A stretch of DNA of 64,000 nt from the NCBI GenBank assembly GCA_041650735.1, contig JBAZKP010000001.1:310754-374753 (forward strand), written 5' to 3'. This DNA is from an archaeon. Lineage in GTDB: Archaea; Iainarchaeota; Iainarchaeia; Iainarchaeales; JAAZKV01. The notes beneath the pieces are model-generated. The model did not search any database. It was not told where the DNA came from and saw only the letters and a program-made list of their open reading frames with translations. Positions within the stretch are counted from its first letter, which is position 1. The number at the start of each line of letters is the position of its first letter. The position numbers were made by a program, and so were the translations under genes. This document shows positions 28,916 to 37,089 of the stretch, one piece after another.

Positions 28916-28923
28916 GGAAACAC

Positions 28924-29544
28924 CTAATTTATCCTTGGATATGCTGTTTTTATTGCCGAATCTGTGGTATCAAAGGTTATTATTCTTACATCTATTTCTT
29001 TTTTTAAAGATGGCGAATAGACTTTTTTAACTAGCCTATAAGGGTCGGTTGGGTCTTTGGAAGCAGTTTTTGCTACGTTTTTTATGAAATCTTTAACTGC
29101 TTGATCTTCGTTTGCAAGATTAAAATATTTTTTAAAGTCTGCAGGATGCTTCCCAGCGACAATATGTTTCCATCCACCTTCACTTAAATCAATAACAGTT
29201 GATTCTTCCAGCCAAAGAGTTTGTGTGGCCCCTTTTGTAACGAAATGAGTTGAATCAAGTTTTGCACCTTTTTTAAGTGCTGTTTCCAGCATTTCGTTTG
29301 TTGCTCCAGCATTTTTTAGTTTAATAATTACTGTTTCTCCTTTGGTTGTGAACCATTTTGCTAGGTGTGTTGTGTTTGTTGTTATTCCTTTGCCTAAAAA
29401 ATCTACTTTCATTATTCCTAGTTCTGTTGCTCTTGCGATTCTTGTTCCTGAAATGGCTTCTTTTATTCCAAAAAAAGTCAAGTTAAGGGTTTTACCAATT
29501 TTTGATAATTTGGATAATGAGTTAACTATTTTGAATGCTTTGGC
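28924..29544 (-). pseudogene. Orphan toxin cassette: pre-toxin homology region plus alternative RNase-like tip, no clear start
   Basis: Frame open from 29544 (AKAFKIVNSLSKLSKIG) right after an in-frame TAA; matches residues of the 871-aa protein, then diverges to GGWKHIVAGKH...IKTAYP. Confidence 0.75.
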
Positions 29545-29545
29545 T
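29283..29545 (-). repeat. 263-bp copy of the toxin pre-tip region (partner 31233-31495)
   Basis: Ungapped alignment at offset 1950; about 69/87 aa identical by hand; includes an exact stretch of about 46 bp and one of about 35 bp. Confidence 0.9.
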
Positions 29546-29568
29546 TAAATTGATTAATATAATATTAC

Positions 29569-30009
29569 TTAAAAGCCATTTGTCCATTTAGTAAAATGCA
29601 GATTTATTCTTCCGGTTGCTTCTATCCACGCCCCTTTTTTAATATTTTTTTCAGTGGCTTTTATTTCAATTGGAAACCCGCAATCCAAAATTATTTTGTC
29701 TTCTGATTTATCCATTACTTGCCCAACAAGTTTGTATTGATTAACACTATTGGCATGTTTTTGAAGGTCAATGATTTTCTTTGTTCCATTTTTGTTTTTT
29801 TCAATTTGGAGACACATAAAGTCAAGAGAAATGTTAACATTAGATCCAATTTCTATATTTTTTATTTCTTGAATATCAAAATAATCGACAAAACACTTAA
29901 TTTTCTGACCTGTTTTTGCTTCGATAACTGCATTAGCTTCAGCGTCCTGCCATGCAGAAATTCTAAAATCCAAAAGTCTTGCCGCCCACCATTTATTCAT
30001 CATAATCAC
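29569..30009 (-). CDS. Putative immunity protein 2
   Basis: Overlaps the stop of the preceding tip (GTGA); IKCFVD, NQYKLVGQV, ILDCGF and GRINL motifs shared with paralogues. Confidence 0.65.
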   Translation of the reverse strand: MIMMNKWWAARLLDFRISAWQDAEANAVIEAKTGQKIKCFVDYFDIQEIKNIEIGSNVNISLDFMCLQIEKNKNGTKKIIDLQKHANSVNQYKLVGQVMDKSEDKIILDCGFPIEIKATEKNIKKGAWIEATGRINLHFTKWTNGF

Positions 30010-30785
30010 TCAGGAAATGCTGATATTACCCGCCCCTCAGTTTTTCTTGCTGTATCGGAACTCATTATCACTCGGATATTTTTTTCTATTCCATTTATTG
30101 TTACTCGTTTTTCAACCATATACTTACCATTAGAGTTATCACATATTGTGCCAGTTTTCAGTACATCTTCAATTACCTTTTTTACTGCTAAATCATTGTT
30201 AGCTAGCTTTAACGCGCTTTTAATATCATTATTATAATTATTAAACACAATATGCTTCCAGCCTAATTCATTGGTTGTTAGATTCACTTCCCAAAGTTTT
30301 GAAGCTTTCAATAAGCCCCCCAAAGATGACTTAATCTTATCTCCACAATATTTTCTATAAATTCCCCAGTTTTGGTGGTCAAGATACAAATCTATTCTTA
30401 CAATGGATTCCACATAATTCCCGACTTTTGCATTACAAAATCCATTTATCCCTATAATGAACCCGCATTCAATGAGCATTCGGTCTCCCTTTTTCTCAAT
30501 CACTTGTCCCACAAGTTTGTATTTGTTTACCGTAGGAGGGTGAGAAAGTTTTGTTATAGAGTTTACTGCTTGCTTAGCAAGCTCTATACTAAAAGGCATT
30601 GCGAATAGTCTAACCTTAATTTTTCCTTTTGGCTTCAAGGCAAGAAATTTTTCCGTTTCACTCGTGTCTAAAAAACATTCTATTTCATTTCCATTTACCT
30701 TAATTATTGCCTCACCTTCAGCATTTTGAAACGCTTTTGATTTGTATGAAAGAAGCTTGACAGTAATTGATTTTTTTAAAGACAT
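30006..30785 (-). CDS. Putative immunity protein 1 fused in frame to a degenerate second toxin tip
   Basis: N-terminal about 140 aa is in the immunity family (IECFLD, NKYKLVGQV, IECGF, VRIDL); C-terminal about 85 aa aligns ungapped to the toxin tip (ALKLANNDLAVK, SSDTxRKTEGR) but QKHH is replaced by NNYN. Confidence 0.75.
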   Translation of the reverse strand: MSLKKSITVKLLSYKSKAFQNAEGEAIIKVNGNEIECFLDTSETEKFLALKPKGKIKVRLFAMPFSIELAKQAVNSITKLSHPPTVNKYKLVGQVIEKKGDRMLIECGFIIGINGFCNAKVGNYVESIVRIDLYLDHQNWGIYRKYCGDKIKSSLGGLLKASKLWEVNLTTNELGWKHIVFNNYNNDIKSALKLANNDLAVKKVIEDVLKTGTICDNSNGKYMVEKRVTINGIEKNIRVIMSSDTARKTEGRVISAFPE

Positions 30786-30861
30786 AAATTCACCAGAATC
30801 ATTGTAATTTTAACTTCAATTAACAACTAATACTATTGATTACTATTAACTTTTATATCCT

Positions 30862-33477
30862 TTATGAAGTGGGGTGAAATGCAGTAATTATTCTACCCTC
30901 AGTTTTTCTTGTTGTATCGGAACTTACTATTACTCTTATGTCTTTTGTTAGACCATTTCTTGAAATTTTTGCAAGAATTTCATATTTACCATCTAGATTT
31001 TTAACAATAGTGCCTGTTTTTACCGCTTCATAAATTACTTCTTTTACAGCTAAATCATTATTAGCCAATTTCAGAGCTTTTTGTATTTCATTATGGTGCT
31101 TTTGAAATAATATGTGCCCCCATCCCCACCCATCTGCTTTGGCAATTCCATCCCCTAGGTAAGCAGTTCCTTTTTGCCAGTTGAATACATGTATAGTTTT
31201 ATTTAAAATTGTACTTCCTTTAGTAATTACTATTTCCAGCATTTCGTTTGTTGCTCCAGCATTTTTTAGTTTAATAATTGCTGTTTCTCCTTTGGTTGCG
31301 AACCATTCTGCCAAGTTTTCTGTGGTTGTTGTTATTCCTTTTCCTAAAAAATCTACTTTCATTATTCCTAGTTCTGTACCTCTAGCGATTATTGTGCCGC
31401 TGACAGGTTTTGCAACTCCTTTGAAGAACAAGTTCATTCCCGTGCCAATTTTTGATAATTTTGATAATGAGTTTACTATTTTGAATGCTTTGGCTCCGTC
31501 GCTCAGGAAGGCAAGAACTTTGGCTGCTTTTGCTGCGGCGCCAAGTTCTGTTCCGCCTACAGGTTCAATCATTATTACTGTGGAAACAACATCAAAACCA
31601 CAGCCAAGAGTAAGAATTCCATCATCAATGCAAGAACCAATGGTTATGAGTTTAGCGCCCTCTATTCCTGCTTCTATGGTGAACGCAGCCCAATCAATAT
31701 CCGTGAACTCGAAAGGAATTATTGTGGAATCACATGAATCAGCATAAGCTAAATCAGCTTTGTCTTCTGAATTAAGTGCTAAACCAGTTTTTGTGATTTG
31801 CATTTCTTGTATTTTGTAGGCTTTGGCCATTGCGTTTGAACAAGTGTTTCCGACATTAATCCTAACCCAGTTAGCGGTTATGGTCCATCCTGTAGTGGTT
31901 TTTACATATGGTGCAACATATATTGCGCAAACACCTTTTTTTGAAGAAACCATTGCGGCATAATTGCTTGAAGAATTAAGTTTTCCAGTAATTTTTATTG
32001 CATCACTCTTATCGCTTTTGTATGCAAAATAAATCCCTGTTTCGTTTACCCCTCCTTCTATGTTCCACTCAATAGAACCAACATAACCAACATCAATGCT
32101 TGAAGTATAATTAGTAACATGAACATCTCCAGGGACATAAGTGCATGAGCCATTATTGCACCCCCCTCCTTTGCAATCCTGTTTCAAATCTTCTTTTTGG
32201 TTACAAGAATTATACCAATAAGCGTTACCATTATAGCAAGCAGAGTAAAAGTGAGAAGTACATGTAGGAGTGGAATTACATGTTCCATTAGAACAACCCT
32301 TTCCTTGGCAATTCTGGACCAAGGATTCTTCTACCTGGCTATTTGAATAACAGTTATCACTACTGCATCCTTTTGAGAGATTTGTTCGTTGTTTATACAC
32401 GTTACCGCTTTTACAGTAATTTGCTCCCCAGCTTCCCGTTGAAGAAGAACCGCATTCATTTTTCTTGCTCTCTCTTTGGTTACAGGAATTATACCAATAA
32501 ACATCCTTGTTATAGCACTGGTAATATTCATGAGAATAACAACTAGGAGAATAATCACACGCTCCATCAGTACAACCGTTTCCCTCGCAATCTTGAATAA
32601 AATTTGTTTCAGAATCATCATTTGAATAACATGCATTATTACTACAACCCCTAGAAATATTTGTTAACCGCTCATAAACATTTCCATTGGAACAAAAAGA
32701 TTCCCACCATTCTCCCTGCTCGGATTCCCCACAGTCTTGCTTTATTTCTTCCATTTGGTTGCATGAATCAAACCAATACAAATCATTGCCAGAACAAGAA
32801 GAATAAGCATGAGAAGTGCATGAAGGAGAAGAATTACATAAACCATTTGAACAACCTTTGTCTTCACAATCCTGAACTCTTGTTTCCTCTATCTGCCTAT
32901 TTGAGAAACACGCTCCATTGCTACATCCTTTAGAAATATTTGTTCTCTGTTTGTAAACATCCCCGTTTTTACAATAATTTTCACTCCAATAACCAGTGAA
33001 AGGGTTTCCGCAATCCTCTACTTCTTTCCAATAATAAAAAAACCCGCACTCGGGAGAAGAAACATAAGAACCAACATATCTTTTTGGGTTACCAATCCCG
33101 CAAGTATAAACACCAGAATCAGTAAAATTTATTCCGAGAGAAACCAAATCAGTTCCTGCAATAGAAGCACAATCACAAGTGCTTGATTGGCATGGTTTTA
33201 CACAGCCAACCAAATTATTTGAAGCAGCATAACAAGTGTAACCATAAGCTCCGCCGCAATCAACAGAACCCTCAGCACTAGCCATGGAAGAACCATTGCA
33301 CCAAACATTGCCTGAAGAAGAAACAGCATAATTCACATGATAAAAAGTCCCATTCAGGTTCATAACCTCATTTTTAGGAATCCCTATTGCGGAAGAAGCA
33401 AATGAAAAAGAAAAAAGAAAACACAAGAATAAAAATAAGAAAGAAATTTTATTAAAATTTGATTTAATTGAACGCAC
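30862..33477 (-). CDS. Secreted polymorphic-toxin-like protein: signal peptide, Cys-rich repeats, beta-sandwich, hydrophobic pre-toxin region, predicted RNase tip
   Basis: GTG start and Sec signal; 93-aa Cys repeats; CGFDVVS...EPVGG...AKAAK pre-toxin segment; C-terminal GWGHILFQKH...GRIITAF resembling BECR/EndoU-type toxin tips. Confidence 0.75.
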   Translation of the reverse strand: MRSIKSNFNKISFLFLFLCFLFSFSFASSAIGIPKNEVMNLNGTFYHVNYAVSSSGNVWCNGSSMASAEGSVDCGGAYGYTCYAASNNLVGCVKPCQSSTCDCASIAGTDLVSLGINFTDSGVYTCGIGNPKRYVGSYVSSPECGFFYYWKEVEDCGNPFTGYWSENYCKNGDVYKQRTNISKGCSNGACFSNRQIEETRVQDCEDKGCSNGLCNSSPSCTSHAYSSCSGNDLYWFDSCNQMEEIKQDCGESEQGEWWESFCSNGNVYERLTNISRGCSNNACYSNDDSETNFIQDCEGNGCTDGACDYSPSCYSHEYYQCYNKDVYWYNSCNQRESKKNECGSSSTGSWGANYCKSGNVYKQRTNLSKGCSSDNCYSNSQVEESLVQNCQGKGCSNGTCNSTPTCTSHFYSACYNGNAYWYNSCNQKEDLKQDCKGGGCNNGSCTYVPGDVHVTNYTSSIDVGYVGSIEWNIEGGVNETGIYFAYKSDKSDAIKITGKLNSSSNYAAMVSSKKGVCAIYVAPYVKTTTGWTITANWVRINVGNTCSNAMAKAYKIQEMQITKTGLALNSEDKADLAYADSCDSTIIPFEFTDIDWAAFTIEAGIEGAKLITIGSCIDDGILTLGCGFDVVSTVIMIEPVGGTELGAAAKAAKVLAFLSDGAKAFKIVNSLSKLSKIGTGMNLFFKGVAKPVSGTIIARGTELGIMKVDFLGKGITTTTENLAEWFATKGETAIIKLKNAGATNEMLEIVITKGSTILNKTIHVFNWQKGTAYLGDGIAKADGWGWGHILFQKHHNEIQKALKLANNDLAVKEVIYEAVKTGTIVKNLDGKYEILAKISRNGLTKDIRVIVSSDTTRKTEGRIITAFHPTS
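31233..31495 (-). repeat. Pre-tip region of the full-length toxin, duplicated at 29283-29545
   Basis: Direct DNA comparison of the two segments. Confidence 0.9.
32140..33015 (-). repeat. About three tandem 279-bp (93-aa) Cys-rich repeats
   Basis: TNISKGC/TNISRGC/TNLSKGC recur at 32929, 32650 and 32371 (279-bp period); CxSHxYxxC...YWxxSCNQ in each. Confidence 0.9.
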
Positions 33478-33523
33478 AATTAGAATTTCTGTTAAAGGGA
33501 TTAATATACTCTTGGTAGAAATT

Positions 33524-33566
33524 TTATCAACCTGCAGGTTGATAATTTTACAACCAAAAAGTTGAT
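33524..33566. promoter_or_regulatory. Perfect 22-bp palindrome plus second CAAC-N6-GTTG site upstream of the toxin promoter
   Basis: TTATCAACCTGCAGGTTGATAA at 33524-33545; ACAAC-caaaaa-GTTGAT at 33550-33566; TATA-like TATATTAA (minus) at about 33501-33508. Confidence 0.55.
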
Positions 33567-33673
33567 TTTTTAAAAAGGAAAAAATCTGAAGTAAAAGATT
33601 CTTTTTATAAGTTTTAATAGTTTTCTTGTTAAAAATTTTTTTAATTAAAGTTTTGCAAAATAATTTTTTAGAG

Positions 33674-34324
33674 TTATTCTTTTGTCCATTTTTGCATTTC
33701 TTTCAAAGCTTTTTCTGTTTCATCTAATTCAGATAATTTTTCTTCAAGGTCCTTTACCTGTTTATCAGCAGCACCCATTCTAAATCCCTTTAAATCATCA
33801 GCGAACTGCGCAACTTTCTTATTTTTTTTGTAAATAATTGAAGTGTTAACAGTTTCAGTTAATTGTTTCCTGTACTCAATATCATTAACAAACATTTTCA
33901 CCATTGGCTGCCACTTTTTATCAGAAACAAGATGTGCAGGAAGCTTTACTGAATCAGCGTCTTTTCTGTAATCAGAATCAATCATGCTCTTAGCAACATG
34001 CTTCCAGTACAAAGGCTCAGCAAGTTTTTTTACTTGGTGGACCTGATGATACATTGAAGCGGAAAAATGCTGGTGTTTCCACTGGCCCAATTTTTGGGAA
34101 TAAATTTTTTTTTTCTCCCTAAGCTCTTTCAATTTTGAATCAATTACGCCAGAATTAGGGTACGAAAGCTGGGGCCATTCTTTTCCATTATCATGAGCCT
34201 TTACAACCCCATTAACCGCAAGATAATGCTCTAAGGCTTTTCTTCTCTCCCCGTTCTTAGGTGCTTTAGGAAAAGTTTTTTCAAAATCCTTAATGGAAGC
34301 AACAACCCCGTGCATACAACTCAC
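33674..34324 (-). CDS. Hypothetical protein with C-terminal coiled coil
   Basis: 216-aa ORF with ordinary composition; no recognised motif. Confidence 0.65.
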   Translation of the reverse strand: MSCMHGVVASIKDFEKTFPKAPKNGERRKALEHYLAVNGVVKAHDNGKEWPQLSYPNSGVIDSKLKELREKKKIYSQKLGQWKHQHFSASMYHQVHQVKKLAEPLYWKHVAKSMIDSDYRKDADSVKLPAHLVSDKKWQPMVKMFVNDIEYRKQLTETVNTSIIYKKNKKVAQFADDLKGFRMGAADKQVKDLEEKLSELDETEKALKEMQKWTKE

Positions 34325-34415
34325 TCAAAAAATTTTAGGCAAAATAACGCAATATGAGTAAGGAGTTGAAGCTTAAAAAGGTTTTCAAACAGAAAAATGA
34401 TTACAAGGTGAATAA

Positions 34416-34748
34416 ATGTTTCCAGGAGGAGTAAATCCAAAACAAATGAACCAAATGATGAAGCAATTTGGGATAAAAAATGAAGAAATCAATGCAAAAG
34501 AAGTAACTATTTTGCTTACCAACGGAAAAAAACTGATTTTCAGCAATCCCCAAGTAACAAGCATCTCAATGAGGGGAACAAAAACATACACAATTGCAGG
34601 AGAAGCAAAAGAAGAAAGTGGAGTACCTGAAGAAGATATTGCAATGGTTGCAGAGCAAACAAATGTCTCAAAAGAAAAAGCAAAAAAAGCATTGGAAGAA
34701 GCAAACGGGGATATAGCAGAAGCAATACTAAAAATAAAAAAAGAATAA
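34416..34748 (+). CDS. nac: Nascent polypeptide-associated complex protein (archaeal NAC)
   Basis: NPKQMNQMMKQFGI NAC domain; C-terminal UBA-like EEDIAMVAEQT...ALEEANGDIAEAIL. Confidence 0.92.
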   Translation: MFPGGVNPKQMNQMMKQFGIKNEEINAKEVTILLTNGKKLIFSNPQVTSISMRGTKTYTIAGEAKEESGVPEEDIAMVAEQTNVSKEKAKKALEEANGDIAEAILKIKKE

Positions 34749-34804
34749 AAAAATCTTTTTAATTTTTATTGAAAAATAAGGTTATTTTTTGTTTCTAAAA
34801 TAGT

Positions 34805-35551
34805 TTATGAATTATTATCAGCGCTTGGTGTATTTGAATCAATCAATGCATTTTGGTCAATCTGTAATTGATTTATATAATCCTCTAATTGTTTTGTTTG
34901 AGTCTTATTTTCTTTCTCAATCAATTCCAAAGCAAGAATAGCTTTTCCCTGAACCTTAATAGAGCCCTCAACAACAAGTTCATCCCCAGATTGAGTGGTT
35001 ATATTTGATAAAGCAGATAAAGTTGAATTAGGGAAAGAAAAATTTCTATCAATATTCAAATCAGCATTGTAAAGCATAACACTGCTAGGAGAAGAAATAG
35101 AAATATATTTCATTGCCTCAAAACCCTGTTCTTTATCAAAAAAATTAATATCAGAAATATTTTGGGCAACAGAAGAAACATCAAAACCTTTCTTCAAAGA
35201 AATTTCAGCAATGTAAACCCATTGGTTAGCATCAGCACTTGTTTTCTTGAACTGGGAAGAAACTTTTGAAACACCCTCAACTTTCAAAACATTCTCATCA
35301 ATCTCAGCTTTATTTGTATGAGAAGTCATTGCCCCCACCCTTATGGAAGAAAGTTCTTTCAAAGCAATAGTATCAAAAGACAAAGAATAAGTAAAAGCAT
35401 TTTCCGTAGGAGAAGGAAGTTGATCTCCTGTATCAGTATTATTTCCTTTATCAACATAAAGCAGGCCCATGGCAAGCATACTCAAAGCCATTACTGCGAC
35501 AACAAACAAACCAAGAAACCTTACAATCTGGGATTTATCCATAAAAACCAA
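34805..35551 (-). CDS. Hypothetical N-terminally anchored protein
   Basis: N-terminal TM then polar extracellular region. Confidence 0.65.
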   Translation of the reverse strand: MVFMDKSQIVRFLGLFVVAVMALSMLAMGLLYVDKGNNTDTGDQLPSPTENAFTYSLSFDTIALKELSSIRVGAMTSHTNKAEIDENVLKVEGVSKVSSQFKKTSADANQWVYIAEISLKKGFDVSSVAQNISDINFFDKEQGFEAMKYISISSPSSVMLYNADLNIDRNFSFPNSTLSALSNITTQSGDELVVEGSIKVQGKAILALELIEKENKTQTKQLEDYINQLQIDQNALIDSNTPSADNNS

Positions 35552-35663
35552 TAATAAAATAGTCGGCGCTATACGTTTAAAAACCTTAAACAGCTACTTT
35601 TTCTTTAGAAAGTTACTAGCAAAATGCTAGTAATAATAATGTATATAATATAAGGGTGGGCTG

Positions 35664-36593
35664 ATGGCTGAAAAGAAAAGAAAAATGGTTAGCGTGAACT
35701 TCATAGGAAAAGAATTACTTGAAAACAGAGTATTTGATACAACACTTGAAGAAGAAGCAAAAAAAGCAGGAATCTTTGAAGAAAAAAGAAAATACGCTCC
35801 CCTGAATGTAATACTTGGCGAAAAAGAATTATTAGAACAAGTAGAAAAAGAATTAGAAGAAATGAAAGAAGGAGAAAAAAGAATAACAAAAATGCTTGCA
35901 AAAAATGCTTTTGGGGAAAGAGACGCAAGATTGGTAAGAGTAGTGCCATTACAAAACTTTTTAGAACAAAAAATAAATCCATTTCCAGGATTAGTTGTAA
36001 GAATAGCAAACGCAATGGGAAAAGTACAAAGCGTAAGCTCAGGAAGAGTAAGAATAGATTTCAACAACCCATTAGCAGGAAGAGACATAGAATACCACAT
36101 AGAGTTAGTAAAAGAAATAAAAAACAAAAAAGAAATTGCTGAAAAAATATACGAAAAATATTACTCAAGAATACCAGGAACACAAAAAGAATATTCTGAA
36201 GGCAAATTAACTATTACAGCAACAGGAGATTTTTTGAAAAATCTGGAAAAAGTAAACGAAGCAATAAAAGGAATAGCAAAAGACTTTGATTTAGAACTAG
36301 AATTCAAAGAAATAAAAGTTACTGGAAAAGAAATAAAAGAAACTGCTTCAGTAGAAGAACACGTGCACGGACCAAATTGCAATCACGAACACGAAGAACA
36401 AGCTGCTGTAAAACAAGAAAAAGTTTTAGAAAAAACTGATACAGAAATAACAGGAAAAAAATTAGAGACAAAAGAAAAAAGCATTAACCAAATAGCAAAA
36501 GATATTGTAAAAGAAAAAAAAGGAACAGCACAATTCGATGTAACAAGAGACTCCTCAACAACAATACAAAGACCAAAGAAAAAAACAAAATAA
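35664..36593 (+). CDS. FKBP-type peptidyl-prolyl isomerase (long SlyD-like) with His/Cys metal-binding segment
   Basis: FDTT, AFGERD, IDFNNPLAGR motifs; EEHVHGPNCNHEH and charged tail. Confidence 0.85.
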   Translation: MAEKKRKMVSVNFIGKELLENRVFDTTLEEEAKKAGIFEEKRKYAPLNVILGEKELLEQVEKELEEMKEGEKRITKMLAKNAFGERDARLVRVVPLQNFLEQKINPFPGLVVRIANAMGKVQSVSSGRVRIDFNNPLAGRDIEYHIELVKEIKNKKEIAEKIYEKYYSRIPGTQKEYSEGKLTITATGDFLKNLEKVNEAIKGIAKDFDLELEFKEIKVTGKEIKETASVEEHVHGPNCNHEHEEQAAVKQEKVLEKTDTEITGKKLETKEKSINQIAKDIVKEKKGTAQFDVTRDSSTTIQRPKKKTK

Positions 36594-36632
36594 ATTAATA
36601 ATGCGGGGCGATATGCCCCTCAATTTATTTTT

Positions 36633-37027
36633 ATGGTTCATTCTTTGTTTGAAGTGCGTGCAGGTGCCTTCATTTTCAATAATAAAAAAGAACTTCTTTT
36701 AATGCAAAATACTAATGGCACATGGGGAATAGTGGGTGGGCACTTAGAAAAAAACGAAAGCATAGAAGAAGCGCTCCATAGGGAAGTAAAAGAAGAAACC
36801 GGGATGGAAATAGAAATAATTTCCCAATTAGGGACAAAAAATGATGGTGAATCTTTATTGTTGCTTTTGTTACAAAACACAAAAAAGGCAATGTAGTAAA
36901 AAGCCATGAACACTTGGATTTTGCGTGGGTGAAACTTGAAGAATTAAAAAAATATAAACTAACATTCCCTGAATTACCTGAAGAAGCTAAAAACGCGTTT
37001 AGAGTATTGGTTCAAAGCAAGAAGTAA
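36633..37027 (+). pseudogene. NUDIX hydrolase split by a single-base frameshift near 36850
   Basis: Nudix box GGHLEKNESIEEALHREVKEETG; another frame continues IFIVAFVTKHKKGNVVKSHEHLDFAWV to TAA at 37027; adding one A at GGTGAATC restores the frame. Confidence 0.7.
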
Positions 37028-37089
37028 AGCATTTCCAGTGGAGAAACTTTATTATACTTGGAGTTCCTATTCCTTGGACTGGTGAAGAA

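Noticed and set aside
30006-31120. CT1/CT2 similarity as DGR-type mutagenesis
   Set aside because: Substitutions involve all bases and many synonymous sites; better explained by duplication and divergence
32140-33015. Periodic repeats as a CRISPR array
   Set aside because: 279-bp in-frame coding repeats with no short identical repeat and unique spacer structure; no cas genes seen
27172-33566. Whole region as an integrated mobile element
   Set aside because: No integrase, transposase, tRNA attachment site or long terminal repeats visible; treated as a variable island only
36605-36619. GGGGC-gatat-GCCCC hairpin after the FKBP gene as an ncRNA
   Set aside because: Only a 5-bp stem; at most a simple terminator or stability element
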